DNA of 40,682 nt from a bacterium (GCA_046331705.1 JAXLQJ010000064.1:1-40682), one strand, 5' to 3'. Positions 10,773 to 20,426 are shown, counted from the first letter of the stretch. The notes: generated by a model from the sequence alone, not told the origin. Numbers and translations: made by a program.

Positions 10773-11807
10773 TCAGTGCACGGCGGTCGGGCTCGTCGGG
10801 CTCTCCATGGGCTGCAAGCGCCCGGTCTCGGGGGGTACCGAGGTAGCGGCCCCCCTCCGCCAAAGCGCTCTGGAGCCATTTCGCGAAGCCGCCTTCGAGA
10901 GCACCTCCCTCGATTCACGCTCGGTCGCGGCCGGTGCGCCTCGATTCGCGAGCTCGGCACGCAGCTCGTACTCGATCGGGCTCACGTAACCGAGGTGTGA
11001 ATGGCGCCGCCGCGGGTTGTAGAACCGTTCGATGTAGTCGCCGATGGAATCGGTGGCCTCGGCTCGGGTCGCGTAGCGCTCCCGATCGAGGAGCTCGGCC
11101 CGGAGCGTCGCGAAGAAGCTCTCTGCCACCGCGTTGTCCCAGCAATCGCCGCGTCGGCTCATGCTGGCGACGATGCCGTGCGCACGCAGGATCGCTCGGT
11201 ACGGGGCGCTGGCGTACGGACTCCCGCGGTCCGAGTGGTGAATCAGGCCCCGGCCGGGTCGCCGAGATCGCAGCGCGCGGTGAAGCGCTGCCAGCGCCAG
11301 CAGGGTGTCGTTCGTGGCGCTCATCGACCAACCGACAACTCGGCGGGAGAACAGGTCCAGAATGACGGCCAGGTATGCCCAGCCCTCCGATGTCGCCACG
11401 TAGGTGACGTCCGTGACCCACGCGCGATTGCGGGCTTTTGCCACGAAGCGTCGGCGGAGAACGTTCGCGGCGATCGGGTGCGAGTGATTCGAGTCCGTCG
11501 TGTGCCGGAACCGCCGCTTCTGTACCGGCACAATGCCCTGCGTCCGCATCACACGCGCCACGCGCTTTTCACCGAGCCGCCAGCCGCGCGTTCGCAGGTC
11601 GCGGTGCACCCGCGGGCTGCCGTAGGTGCATCGGCTCTGTCGATGAGACGCGGCGATCTCGACCGCGAGCACCGCGTCCGTCTTGGCGCGCTTGCTGGGC
11701 CCTCGACGCGCCCAGGCGTAGAAGCCGCTGGGCGACACGTCGAGCACTCGACACAGCATCCGTACCGGGAAGGTGGCCTTCTCCGCCTGGATGAACCGGA
11801 ACCTCAC
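10773..11807 (-). CDS. IS3 OrfB (rve integrase core)
   Basis: YGSPRV, WVTDVTY, HSDRGSPY, CWDNAVAESFF, YNPRRRHS motifs; atypical C-terminal extension. Confidence 0.92.
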   Translation of the reverse strand: MRFRFIQAEKATFPVRMLCRVLDVSPSGFYAWARRGPSKRAKTDAVLAVEIAASHRQSRCTYGSPRVHRDLRTRGWRLGEKRVARVMRTQGIVPVQKRRFRHTTDSNHSHPIAANVLRRRFVAKARNRAWVTDVTYVATSEGWAYLAVILDLFSRRVVGWSMSATNDTLLALAALHRALRSRRPGRGLIHHSDRGSPYASAPYRAILRAHGIVASMSRRGDCWDNAVAESFFATLRAELLDRERYATRAEATDSIGDYIERFYNPRRRHSHLGYVSPIEYELRAELANRGAPAATERESREVLSKAASRNGSRALWRRGAATSVPPETGRLQPMESPTSPTAVH

Positions 11808-12100
11808 CGGCTCTCCTTCGCGAAGAAGGCCGTCGCTTTTTTTAGGATGTCGCGCTCCATCTCGAGGCGCTTCACCTGGGCGCGGAGCTTCGTCAGCTCG
11901 TCACGCTCTGCGGTGGTCAGCGCCCCCGGCGGCCCCTGGCCGGCGTCGATGTCGGACTGCTTCACCCACTCCCGCAGCGACGTCTCGGTCAGGTCGAGGT
12001 CCTTCGCGACCTTGCCGATCGTGCGGTCACCCAGCTTGCACAGCCGGACCGCCTCCGCCTTGAACTCCGGTGAGAACGACCTTCGATGTCTCCGTCCCAT
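11804..12100 (-). CDS. IS3 OrfA (HTH) with a -1 frameshift site
   Basis: FSPEFKAEAV...LREWVKQ...ERDILKKA; A7G slippery run at 11843-11836 whose -1 frame is open into orfB. Confidence 0.92.
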   Translation of the reverse strand: MGRRHRRSFSPEFKAEAVRLCKLGDRTIGKVAKDLDLTETSLREWVKQSDIDAGQGPPGALTTAERDELTKLRAQVKRLEMERDILKKATAFFAKESR

Positions 12101-12882
12101 CCCAACCTCCCAGCGCATTCTCGCGCCTGTTGGGGTGTCCACGGAAACGGGGGAGGTTCATTCGGCTTCCCTTCGCCCGCGGGCTCGGCGTCCTGCTGCG
12201 CTCCATCTTTGTCGAGCGCGAGCCCATCTACCGCCAAGCCGAGACCGTCGCCACGCTCGCCCCGCGGGCCTCCGGCCGCACCACCGAGCAGACCATCCAC
12301 GTCGGCGACGACGCCATTGGCCGGGCCCTCGATCATCTCTCTGATGCCGACCGCGCCAGCTTGCTCACCGCCCTCGTCGTGGTCGCGGGCGAACGCTTCG
12401 AGCTGCACCTGGACGAGTTGCACAACGCCTCGACCACCGTACGGTTCTGCGGCCAGTACCCCGCCGCCCGGGGCCGTTCGATCCGCGGCAAGCGCGCGCC
12501 GTTCATCTCCTACAGCTACTCGAAGGATCAACGACCGAATTGGATGCAGTACCTACGAGCGGACCTGGGATGGGGTGCATCTTCGGTACTGCGGCGAAAT
12601 AGCTAGGAGCGTTTCGAGGCGCCGGTGTGCGCGTCTCGGTCGACGGCATCGCGCGGCGCGAAACGCGCGGTACGAAGCGCCGAAGCGCGGTCTATGGGGA
12701 TTGTCGGCGGATTGGACTGGCCCGCCGTGGGCAGCGCTCGGTGCGAGCATCTGCCAAGAGTGCCGACCGCGCTTGCCAGGCGACCTGCATGGGCCACGTG
12801 GAGTGAGCTGGGGTCTCGTCGTGGACAGACGCATGCCCGGCGGTGCACGTGCGTGCCGTCACGAATCGGATCGACCGTTCCA

Positions 12883-14076
12883 TCATGATGCGGGTGGATC
12901 TCGCGACCGCGGGGTCCGCGGTTGTGGCACGAGAAGCGTGCAACGCAGTGGTGCGTGACCGCAACGCGGGCAAACCCGTGGATCGCGCGCCGTCAGCCGG
13001 AGGAGCAGATCCGCCCACGTGGATGACTTCGTTTCCGGGGACTGCGCCGGTGGGTTGGGCTCGAGCAGCCGCTGCTCGATGGCGAACCGCTGGCGAGCGC
13101 CCGAGGCCAACAAGCCGTAATGCCGACTCTTGACGAAGCCGAGGGGGAGCACGTGCTCGAGGAAGCGGCGAATGAATTCGCCCGGCGCGAGCGTGGCGCG
13201 TCGGCCTTCCTTCGTCCGGAAAGTGATCGCCTCGGGCTCGACTGCAATCAAGCGTGCGTTGGAAATCGCGACGCGGTGGGTGTAACGGCCGAGGTACTCG
13301 TAGACGTGGTCGGCGCCTCGGAAGGGAGCCTTGGCGTAGACGACCCAGTCCATCGCCATGACTCGGTCGAGCAACCGAGTGAAAACTCCGGGTGCGTCGT
13401 CGGAGAGCGCGAAAGGCTCTTGCCGATGGGCACGACGCAACGTGGCGACGAGCTTGCCGCGGTACAGCCGTGCCAGAACGCGCACGGGGAAGAGGAAGCG
13501 CGGCGAGCCGACGATCCACCGGTCACCTTCGGGCGCCAGCCCCCCTGCGGTGACGACGCAGTGCAGGTGAGGATGGAAACGTAGGTCGCGGGTCCAGGTA
13601 TGGAGTACCGCCGTGAACCCCAGCGTGGCCCCCAGGCGCTTCGGGTCACGCGCGAGTTGCTGGAGCGTGGCGGCGACCGCCGCGAAGAGTGCATCGAAGA
13701 CCCGTGTGCGGTTGAGCCGGGCCAACGGGCGCAGCTCCGCCGGCAGCGTGAAGACGACGTGAAAGTAGGGCAAGGGCAGGATGTGCTCCTTGCGCCGGTC
13801 GATCCAGCGCGCCTGCGCGAGCGCCTGGCACTTGGGGCAGTGACGGTTGCGGCAGGAGTTGTAGGAGGGCTGCTCGTGCCCGCACCGGACGCAGTGGTCG
13901 AGATGACCGCCGAGAACGGCGGTTCGACACGTCTCGATGGCCCGCATCGCGCAGCGCTGCTCGGGACTTAGGCGATGACGTTGGCGGTACGCCTCGCCGT
14001 GGGCGCGGAAGATCTCCGCCACCTCGTGTGTGGAGCGCGCGCGTCGCGGGCCGATACAGCGGCCCAACGCATGCAC
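12883..14076 (-). CDS. IS91-family Y2 transposase with N-terminal Zn-binding domain
   Basis: CRTAVLGG..C..C, SCRNRHCPKCQ, YFHVVFTLP, LHTW, HUH motif HPHLH, YLGRY (Y-x3-Y), C-terminal CPRC. Confidence 0.93.
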   Translation of the reverse strand: MHALGRCIGPRRARSTHEVAEIFRAHGEAYRQRHRLSPEQRCAMRAIETCRTAVLGGHLDHCVRCGHEQPSYNSCRNRHCPKCQALAQARWIDRRKEHILPLPYFHVVFTLPAELRPLARLNRTRVFDALFAAVAATLQQLARDPKRLGATLGFTAVLHTWTRDLRFHPHLHCVVTAGGLAPEGDRWIVGSPRFLFPVRVLARLYRGKLVATLRRAHRQEPFALSDDAPGVFTRLLDRVMAMDWVVYAKAPFRGADHVYEYLGRYTHRVAISNARLIAVEPEAITFRTKEGRRATLAPGEFIRRFLEHVLPLGFVKSRHYGLLASGARQRFAIEQRLLEPNPPAQSPETKSSTWADLLLRLTARDPRVCPRCGHAPLRCTLLVPQPRTPRSRDPPAS

Positions 14077-14082
14077 GAGCGC

Positions 14083-14931
14083 TCAGGTCGTGGGCAGCGG
14101 AGGCAGCCGGTCGAGTGGGCTTTGCGTTCCTGCCAGGTGTGCCGTGCTGATGCGGACGTAGTGGGCGGTGGTCTGGAGGGATCGATGCCCGAGCAGGAGC
14201 TGGATGACACGGATGTCGGTGCCCTGTTCGAGCAGGTGCGACGCGAACGAATGGCGCAGCACGTGCGGCGTGACCCGCTTGGCGAGTCCCGCTTGATCAG
14301 CGGCGCCGTGTAGCGCGGCCCGCACGGTCTCTGGGCGCATCTCACGACCCGTGGTGGACGGGAAGATCACCGGTCCGCGCGGTCGTTCGGCCCGCCAATA
14401 GGCGCGCAGCGCGAGAAGCATCCGGCCGCTGAGCAGGACGAAGCGGTCCTTCTGTCCCTTGCCCAGTCGGACGTGAATGACGTGGCGCGCGCTGTCGAAG
14501 TCGTCGACACGAAGGCGGCACGCTTCACTGATGCGAAGACCGGCGCCGTACGTGACCATCACCAAGGTGCGAATCTTGATCGAGGTGATTGCCGCGAAGA
14601 GTTGCTCCACCTCCGTGGGGCTCAAGATGTCGGGCAGGGTCTTCGGCACTCTCGGTGTGGGGATGTTGACGACGACGTCGGGACGCTTGAGCACGACCGC
14701 GTAGAGGAACCGCAACGCCGCGAGGTGGACGTGCAGGGTCTGCGGATGAAGCTTCCTCTCGTTGCGCAGGTGCGCGAGAAACGTACGCACCTCGCGTTCG
14801 CCGAGGTCGACGGGCGTACGCCCGTGAAATCGCACGAAGGCGACGACCCGCGACAAGTAGATGCGCTGGGTCCCGGCGCTGAGGCCGCGCAGTTGCATCT
14901 CCTCGACCATCCGATCACGAACCGCTCCCAT
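14083..14931 (-). CDS. Tyrosine recombinase (XerD-like with SAM-like N-terminus)
   Basis: Intact catalytic set: YGAGLR, GKGQK, HVLRH, LLGH, TTAHY. Confidence 0.93.
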   Translation of the reverse strand: MGAVRDRMVEEMQLRGLSAGTQRIYLSRVVAFVRFHGRTPVDLGEREVRTFLAHLRNERKLHPQTLHVHLAALRFLYAVVLKRPDVVVNIPTPRVPKTLPDILSPTEVEQLFAAITSIKIRTLVMVTYGAGLRISEACRLRVDDFDSARHVIHVRLGKGQKDRFVLLSGRMLLALRAYWRAERPRGPVIFPSTTGREMRPETVRAALHGAADQAGLAKRVTPHVLRHSFASHLLEQGTDIRVIQLLLGHRSLQTTAHYVRISTAHLAGTQSPLDRLPPLPTT

Positions 14932-15092
14932 GGTGCCCTCCGAGGTATGGAGGCACCCGTCCATCGGGTGCCCAGACCAGCGTGAGCACCGCGAGACACA
15001 GCGCGCAGCTATCGCGGGCCGATCACGATCGACGGGAGGGATGCGGTCGCGGGGATCACCCGCAAGCTGCGCGCGTAGCGCGCTTCGTACCG

Positions 15093-15140
15093 AGCGATCA
15101 CCATCCTCCGAAACAGGTGATCACGATCACCGAAATGCGC
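15093..15140 (+). repeat. Orphan IS21-type terminal sequence (GATCAC repeats ending ACCGAAATGCGC)
   Basis: Three GATCAC units in 48 bp resembling IS21 ends; abuts the truncated istA. Confidence 0.5.
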
Positions 15141-15960
15141 GCTCAAGTGGAACCAGGCCGGCGAGGTCACCGAGTGGAACCCCACCTTCGGCGCCGCGAT
15201 GCTGGAGCTCGGCGTGGGCGTCGAGCTTTGCTGGCCCCGGCGCGCCAACCAGAAAGGCTCCGTCGAGAATCTCGTTGGCTGGGTGAAAGGCTCGTTCTTC
15301 AAGCAGCGCCGCTTCCTCGACGACGTCGACCTCGCACGCCAGCTCGCCGAGTGGCACGAGGAGGTCAACACACGCCGCCCGTCACGCGCCACGAATGTGA
15401 TCCCGGCCGAGCGCATGGCCGAGGAGCGTGCTCGACTCCGGCCGCTCAAGGTGCGGCCCGCCGACCTCGCGCTGCGCTACCCGGTCTTCGTCGGACCGAC
15501 CGGGTTCGTCGTCTTCGACGGCCAGACCTACTCGATGTCACCCGATGCCATCGGGATCAGCGGCACGCTCTTCCTCTGCCGCGATCACGTTCGCATCGTG
15601 GCCAGCCGATTCGAGGTCACGCATTCGCGCGTCGCGGCGGGAGAGCGCTCGGTGCTGCCCGAGCACCGCGCCCAGATGGTCGCCGCGGTCTCGGGTAAGC
15701 GCGCCAAGCGCTACCTCAAACGCCAGCACTTGCTCGAGATCGGCGGCACGGCGCTCGCCTACCTGACCGAGCTCACCCATCGACGGCCCCAGCAGTGGGT
15801 GCGCGACGTCGATCGGCTGCATGAGTTGCTCCAGCACCACGGCGCCGAAGCGATGCGCACCGCCTTCGACCAAGCGCTCACCGAGCGCGTCGTCGGAGCC
15901 GAGTACGTCGCCCATTACCTCGCAGCTCACGAGTCCGTCCAGGAGGCGCTGCCGCTATGA
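15139..15960 (+). pseudogene. istA: 5'-truncated IstA of a second IS21
   Basis: ALKW...WNPTF...LCWPRRANQKGSVENLVG, Mu-like C-terminal region; HTH and first two catalytic Asp absent. Confidence 0.85.
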
Positions 15961-16823
15961 AGCCCTCCGAGATCGAGCTCGACGCTCTCCTCAAGCGACT
16001 CAACCTCGCCAATGCTCGGCGAATCTGGCCGGATCTCGTCGCTCGCGCCGAGCGCGAGGAGTGGGCCTACCGCGACTTTCTCGCTGTGCTCGTCGCCGAG
16101 GAGGTCGCTCACCGTCAGCAGACTCGCGTGCAGCGACTCACCCACCGGGCGGAGTTCCCGTTCCTCAAGACCATCGACGAGTTCGACTTCACCTACCAGT
16201 CGACGCTCCGGCTCTCGCTGCTCGGCTCGGCACTCTCGCCGGACTTCGTGACCGAAGGCCGATCCTTGATCCTCACCGGCAAGCCGGGGCGCGGGAAGAC
16301 CCACCTCGCGATCGCGCTCGCCTATCGCGCCATCCAAAACGGCTTCGAGGTGCTGTTCACCACCGCCGCCGCGCTCATCGACGATCTCTCGCGAGCGAGC
16401 CGTGACGGACGCCTCGTCGAGGCACTCGCGCGCTACACCCACCCGGCGCTTTTGGTCTGCGACGAGGTCGGCTACCTGACCTACGGCACCGACGCCGCGA
16501 ACGTGCTCTACCACGTCGTCAACGCCCGGCACCTCAAGCGCCGGGCCATGGTCTTCACCACCAACAAATCGCTCGACGCCTGGGGCCGCGTCCTCCACGA
16601 CCCCGATCTCGCCGCCGCCATCGTGGATCGCGTCCTCGAACGAGGTCGGCTCCTCAAGCTCGACGGCCCATCGATGCGCTCGAAGCACCTCGGCGTGGAC
16701 GACCCACTCCAGGCCGAGCTATCTCACGTTCACCAACCGGACAGAATTTCCGGAATTTCCCCGGCAGAGTTTCCGGAACCCACACCTGTGATTTGGTCCA
16801 GGAGGGGGCCAACGCACCTGTAG
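15957..16823 (+). CDS. istB: IstB ATPase of the second IS21
   Basis: GKPGRGKT Walker A, LLVCDEVGY, TTNK, IVDRVLE, DGPSMR; ATGA coupling; ORF runs through the IS end. Confidence 0.92.
   Translation: MKPSEIELDALLKRLNLANARRIWPDLVARAEREEWAYRDFLAVLVAEEVAHRQQTRVQRLTHRAEFPFLKTIDEFDFTYQSTLRLSLLGSALSPDFVTEGRSLILTGKPGRGKTHLAIALAYRAIQNGFEVLFTTAAALIDDLSRASRDGRLVEALARYTHPALLVCDEVGYLTYGTDAANVLYHVVNARHLKRRAMVFTTNKSLDAWGRVLHDPDLAAAIVDRVLERGRLLKLDGPSMRSKHLGVDDPLQAELSHVHQPDRISGISPAEFPEPTPVIWSRRGPTHL
16742..16784 (+). repeat. Right end of the second IS21 (tandem CAGA(A/G)TTTCCGGAA, terminal CA at 16784)
   Basis: Two 14-bp direct repeats followed by CCCACA. Confidence 0.75.
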
Positions 16824-16848
16824 CATTACTGCGCAGATCCTGTACCGC

Positions 16849-17622
16849 TCAACGCGCAGCCGTCGTCCAGTCGCGGACTTGAGCGGCCATCCATTCGGGG
16901 GCATCGGTGGATAGGTCGTGGCCGCCGGTGGGATGCACGCGATACGGCGCGGCATAGTGATCGGCGATGGCGCGTGGGCACGCCGGGTTGCAGAGTCCGT
17001 CGCGGGCACCGATGAGAACGAGCATGGGCGTGGTGACCGCGCGCGGCGCGCGATAGCGTGCTGCGGCGGTGATCTGCCTCAGCACGTTGACGCGCTTCAT
17101 CGGGCGATCCTGCTGGTAGCGCGCCCACCTCGCGGCGCGGGTCTCGACGTCGGCGCATTGGCGCGTGGTCATCGCGATCACCACCCGCTCGCGCGCGACG
17201 CCGTCGTTGGTGCTCAGGAGCCGCGCCACGTTCGCCGCCGAGCCGAGGCTCATCCGATGCCACGCTGGGCTCAGGTCCGAGAGGCTCGAGTTCACGACCA
17301 CGAGCCGCGCAAAGTCCTCAGGGTGCGCGGCGCACCACGCGATCGAGACCATCCCGCCGAGGGAGATGCCGAGGAGGCCCCATGGCCCATCCGCACCTTC
17401 CGCGCGCTCGCGTAGCTCGAGCCAGCGTCGCCGGACGTCGTCGGCCATCGCCGGCACCGAAAGCGGCGATGGCCGCGCGCATTCGGTGCCCGCTCCCGGC
17501 AGATCGAGCCGGTGCACCCGCGTGCCCGGCAGTGTGCGCTCGAGAATCGCCGGGAAATCCTCCCAATGCCGTTGCTCGCGAGCGAGCCCGCGCAGCAAGA
17601 GCCAGCTCGTCGTCGCGTTCAT
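16849..17622 (-). CDS. Alpha/beta fold hydrolase
   Basis: LLLRGL.RE..HW oxyanion region, GISLGG nucleophile elbow, D and GGHD catalytic residues; ATG at 17622. Confidence 0.88.
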   Translation of the reverse strand: MNATTSWLLLRGLAREQRHWEDFPAILERTLPGTRVHRLDLPGAGTECARPSPLSVPAMADDVRRRWLELRERAEGADGPWGLLGISLGGMVSIAWCAAHPEDFARLVVVNSSLSDLSPAWHRMSLGSAANVARLLSTNDGVARERVVIAMTTRQCADVETRAARWARYQQDRPMKRVNVLRQITAAARYRAPRAVTTPMLVLIGARDGLCNPACPRAIADHYAAPYRVHPTGGHDLSTDAPEWMAAQVRDWTTAAR

Positions 17623-18098
17623 CTCGCTCTCGCTCCTCGCTCGCGTTCTCGCCCGCGTCGTGCGCGCGTCGCGGCGGGCTGGGTCATCGAACGGCGGCGC
17701 ACCCGCGTCTCTCGCGCAAAGCCGGGCGCGCGGAGAATAGCGCGTCAACGGGGGCAAGCGTCGCGACAGGTGCCGCGCGCGAAACAATCGGCCGTAGGCG
17801 AGATCAGCGGAGGCATCCTGACGCGGACGGGCCGGACCGTGCGCCGGTAGCCCAGGGCTCCGAAACCGCGCACGTGGGCGGATCGTCCTCGGCCAAACGT
17901 ACGGAAGCGGTCCGCTCCGCGTGCTCTGCCATGGCTCGCGCCTGCACCACCGTCAGCCCTGGCCATCGCGACGCAATCGTCCGAGAAGCGCGGCGACGCA
18001 CGAGCGACGTGCGCTCGTTCTCGATGAATCGAGCAATCGACGACCATCGCAGGGTGGAGATGCGCTAGGCAGAGGCATCATCCGCGCGTTCGTCGCGT

Positions 18099-20426
18099 TC
18101 AGGGAGCGTCGTCGTCGTACGCGGAGTCGGCTGCGCACGCGAGCAGATCTCGGCAAACGTCGGCGAGAAACGGAACCGGGCTCTTGGTGTTGGCCGCCAC
18201 CACATCGATCTGCCGATCCAACTCGGCGTCGCTGAGTGCGGGCGCATCGGCTTCCGCTGCCGCCTCGGCATCCTCGTAGCTCTCGGCCGAGCTCGTGGCG
18301 CCCGCATCCACCGGCGCAAGCGTGGGACTCACCGCATCCAACGTGGCTGCGCACGTGACGGCACGGATCCCGTCGAGGCACGCCGGCAGCGCGCTCGGAT
18401 CGACGCGGCAGCGATTCGCGGTGGTGAGCGATCCAGCGAGACGCGCGAGATCCCTCCCGTAACCCGAGACCAGGTCCGCGTCCTCCGCCGCGGGCGCGGT
18501 GCCCGTCTCGGCGACGAGGCACGCGAGCAGCTTGTCCGACACCGCGCTGCCGTACGCTTGCGCCCACGGCTCGGGCGCGGGATCGACGAGCGACACTCCG
18601 AGCGCTTGGGCGAGCCCCGCTGCGATCGTCTCGCACGAGGTCGACTCGATCGCGCTCGCACAGGAGGCCTCGTCGCTCGCGCCCGGGCACATGACGCTGT
18701 CGGGGATGGCGGGAACCATCGCCCCGACCTCGGAGGCAATCGAGTCGAGGCTCGCGTGATCCTCGTCGCCGGCGACACCTCCCTCGGCCTGGTAACAGCT
18801 CACGAACTTGGCGGCGAGCGCCGCCGAGGGAGCCCCCGCGGCGTGCGCCACGTCCGCTCCGCAGAGCGAAGCGAGGGCGACCGCAGTGGCAGCCGTCGTC
18901 GGCGCGCGGCGCACGACACGCGCGATCAGCGCGATCGCCGACCCCAGCGCTAGCCCCACCAGCAGGCCCATCAGCCCAGCTTGTCGACGAGACGTCGGGT
19001 CACTCGAATCCACGTGGGGCGGCGACGCAGCACCCGTCGCCCCGCCTTTGGGGAGCATGGGTGCGGCGGCGGGAGCGCTGCCCGACGTCGCCGTCTGGTC
19101 GGCGGCCAAGGCGGGCGCGTGAGTCTGCGCACCGACGTCGCGCTGTCGGCGTGCGCTCAGCGCCGACCGCAGCCGCCGAAACGGCCGTGCGGCGCCGCTC
19201 TCCGAGGCCTGCCGCTCCCGCAAGACCGAAACGAGGCCCGCGAAGTTGGTGGGACGCGCTGCTGACGGCGGCTTGGCGTCTGAATTCTTCGTGGTGTCCG
19301 CCCGACCGCTCGTCTGCGCGTGCTGGGTGGCGCCGGCGCTGGCTGACGGGGCGCCGGAAGGGGCGAGCGCGGCGGCCGACGGCGCTGCGGACGGAGAGGG
19401 TGCGGTCGCGGATGGTGCGGTCGCGCCAACGGCGCTCGGGGCGCGCTTGGGTGACGGCCGGCTGGGTACCGACGCCTCGGGGAAGCTCACCTCGCGCCCG
19501 CGGAGCTTCGCGAGCTCTGGTTCGAGCTCGTACGCGAGCGCGCCGAGCGCGACGACGGAGAGCGCCGCCAGCGGTAACGCACGCAGCATGCGCTTTGGAT
19601 TGCTCTCGACGCCAGAGGCAGCGCTGGCCGCCCGTGCGCGCGTCGCCTGCGACACGAGCGCCGCCGCCAGCATCCCCACCGCGAAGCCCGCGGCGCGAAA
19701 CCTCCACAATTCCCAGTCGAACGGCGAGTCCAACGCCGACGGGGACCGCGCCGCGCTCGAAGGTGCGGCTGCGGCGCTCGACCTCGGCCCGCCGCCAGTG
19801 CGCTTGATCCGGGCGAGATCATCGAGCTTGGCGAGTGTCGCGGTGCCGGACGCCCGCGGATCGTCTCCCTCGCTTCGAGGCTCGCTGGGAGGCGTCGCCG
19901 ACGCAGCGGCGGGCAGATCGGCGGCAGGTGCGGCAGCGCCGCCTGCCCGCTCGGCGAGCGCGCGCGTGGCATCGCCCGCGTCCGGCCCGCTCGACTCGCT
20001 TGCGGGCGATGTGTCCCCGACGCCCGTGTTGGCGGAGTCGGTAGCGATCCGTTCGGCAGCCATGTGCGCGGCGCCGCCACCTTTCAGGTCACCGACGAGC
20101 CCCAGCGCGCCCAGACTCCGGAACCACGGCAGCATCAGCACCGCCGCGCCGACGAAGGTCAGCGCCACCGCGGCCACGGCGGCGATCTTGAGTCGATCGC
20201 GCTTCTTGCGCCGTCGGCTCTGGAGCGACTCGAGATCCTGAGCGATGCGGGCAAGCTTCGCGAGGTCGACGGCACGGGTCGCGTCACCGCTTCCCGCGAC
20301 GCCCGTCGTCGCCGCCACCGGGGCGGTGCCGGGCGCTCCCGGATCACGCGTGCGGACGCCGCAGAATGGACAGCGCGAGGCGCGTTCCGCAACGGGTTTT
20401 CCACAACTCGGACAGGCTGCCGGCAT
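18099..20426 (-). CDS. Large membrane protein: N-terminal Zn ribbon, several TM segments with Ala/Pro/Ser linkers, duplicated Cys-rich C-terminal domain
   Basis: CPSC-x10-CPFC; hydrophobic segments; two similar K(F/L)..C..AE.G...C....C...I....C units. Confidence 0.65.
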   Translation of the reverse strand: MPAACPSCGKPVAERASRCPFCGVRTRDPGAPGTAPVAATTGVAGSGDATRAVDLAKLARIAQDLESLQSRRRKKRDRLKIAAVAAVALTFVGAAVLMLPWFRSLGALGLVGDLKGGGAAHMAAERIATDSANTGVGDTSPASESSGPDAGDATRALAERAGGAAAPAADLPAAASATPPSEPRSEGDDPRASGTATLAKLDDLARIKRTGGGPRSSAAAAPSSAARSPSALDSPFDWELWRFRAAGFAVGMLAAALVSQATRARAASAASGVESNPKRMLRALPLAALSVVALGALAYELEPELAKLRGREVSFPEASVPSRPSPKRAPSAVGATAPSATAPSPSAAPSAAALAPSGAPSASAGATQHAQTSGRADTTKNSDAKPPSAARPTNFAGLVSVLRERQASESGAARPFRRLRSALSARRQRDVGAQTHAPALAADQTATSGSAPAAAPMLPKGGATGAASPPHVDSSDPTSRRQAGLMGLLVGLALGSAIALIARVVRRAPTTAATAVALASLCGADVAHAAGAPSAALAAKFVSCYQAEGGVAGDEDHASLDSIASEVGAMVPAIPDSVMCPGASDEASCASAIESTSCETIAAGLAQALGVSLVDPAPEPWAQAYGSAVSDKLLACLVAETGTAPAAEDADLVSGYGRDLARLAGSLTTANRCRVDPSALPACLDGIRAVTCAATLDAVSPTLAPVDAGATSSAESYEDAEAAAEADAPALSDAELDRQIDVVAANTKSPVPFLADVCRDLLACAADSAYDDDAP

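Larger units (their letters stand above)
10696..12160 (-). mobile_element. IS3-family insertion sequence (1465 bp)
   Basis: TG...CA ends; IRs TGATCCTCACCCGGTTTAGTGGACACC / TGAACCTCCCCCGTTTCCGTGGACACC (22/27); 3-bp TSD TTC at 10693-95 and 12161-63. Confidence 0.95.
10546..12553 (+). pseudogene. IS1634-family transposase N-terminal fragment, split by IS3 and truncated
   Basis: LPLINFVLARLDL...DFRV/RLPFARGLG rejoins in frame when IS3 and one TTC are removed; DDAIGRALDHL, LHNASTT, YSKDQRP motifs; frameshift near 10605; homology lost after ~12553. Confidence 0.8.
12668..15092 (-). mobile_element. IS91-like element: tyrosine recombinase + Y2 (HUH) transposase, bounded by 13-bp inverted repeats
   Basis: CGGTACGAAGCGC at 12668-12680 and GCGCTTCGTACCG at 15080-15092, each adjoining a small GC hairpin; two co-oriented genes between them. 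Confidence 0.65.

Noticed and set aside
14083..15092. Integron integrase with an attC/attI site
   Set aside because: The protein lacks the IntI-specific insertion between the catalytic boxes; the 15001-15074 hairpin has no RYYYAAC/GTTRRRY boxes and there is no cassette array
17623..18098. Small ORFs 17745-18047 and 17804-18001
   Set aside because: No RBS, motif or convincing codon pattern
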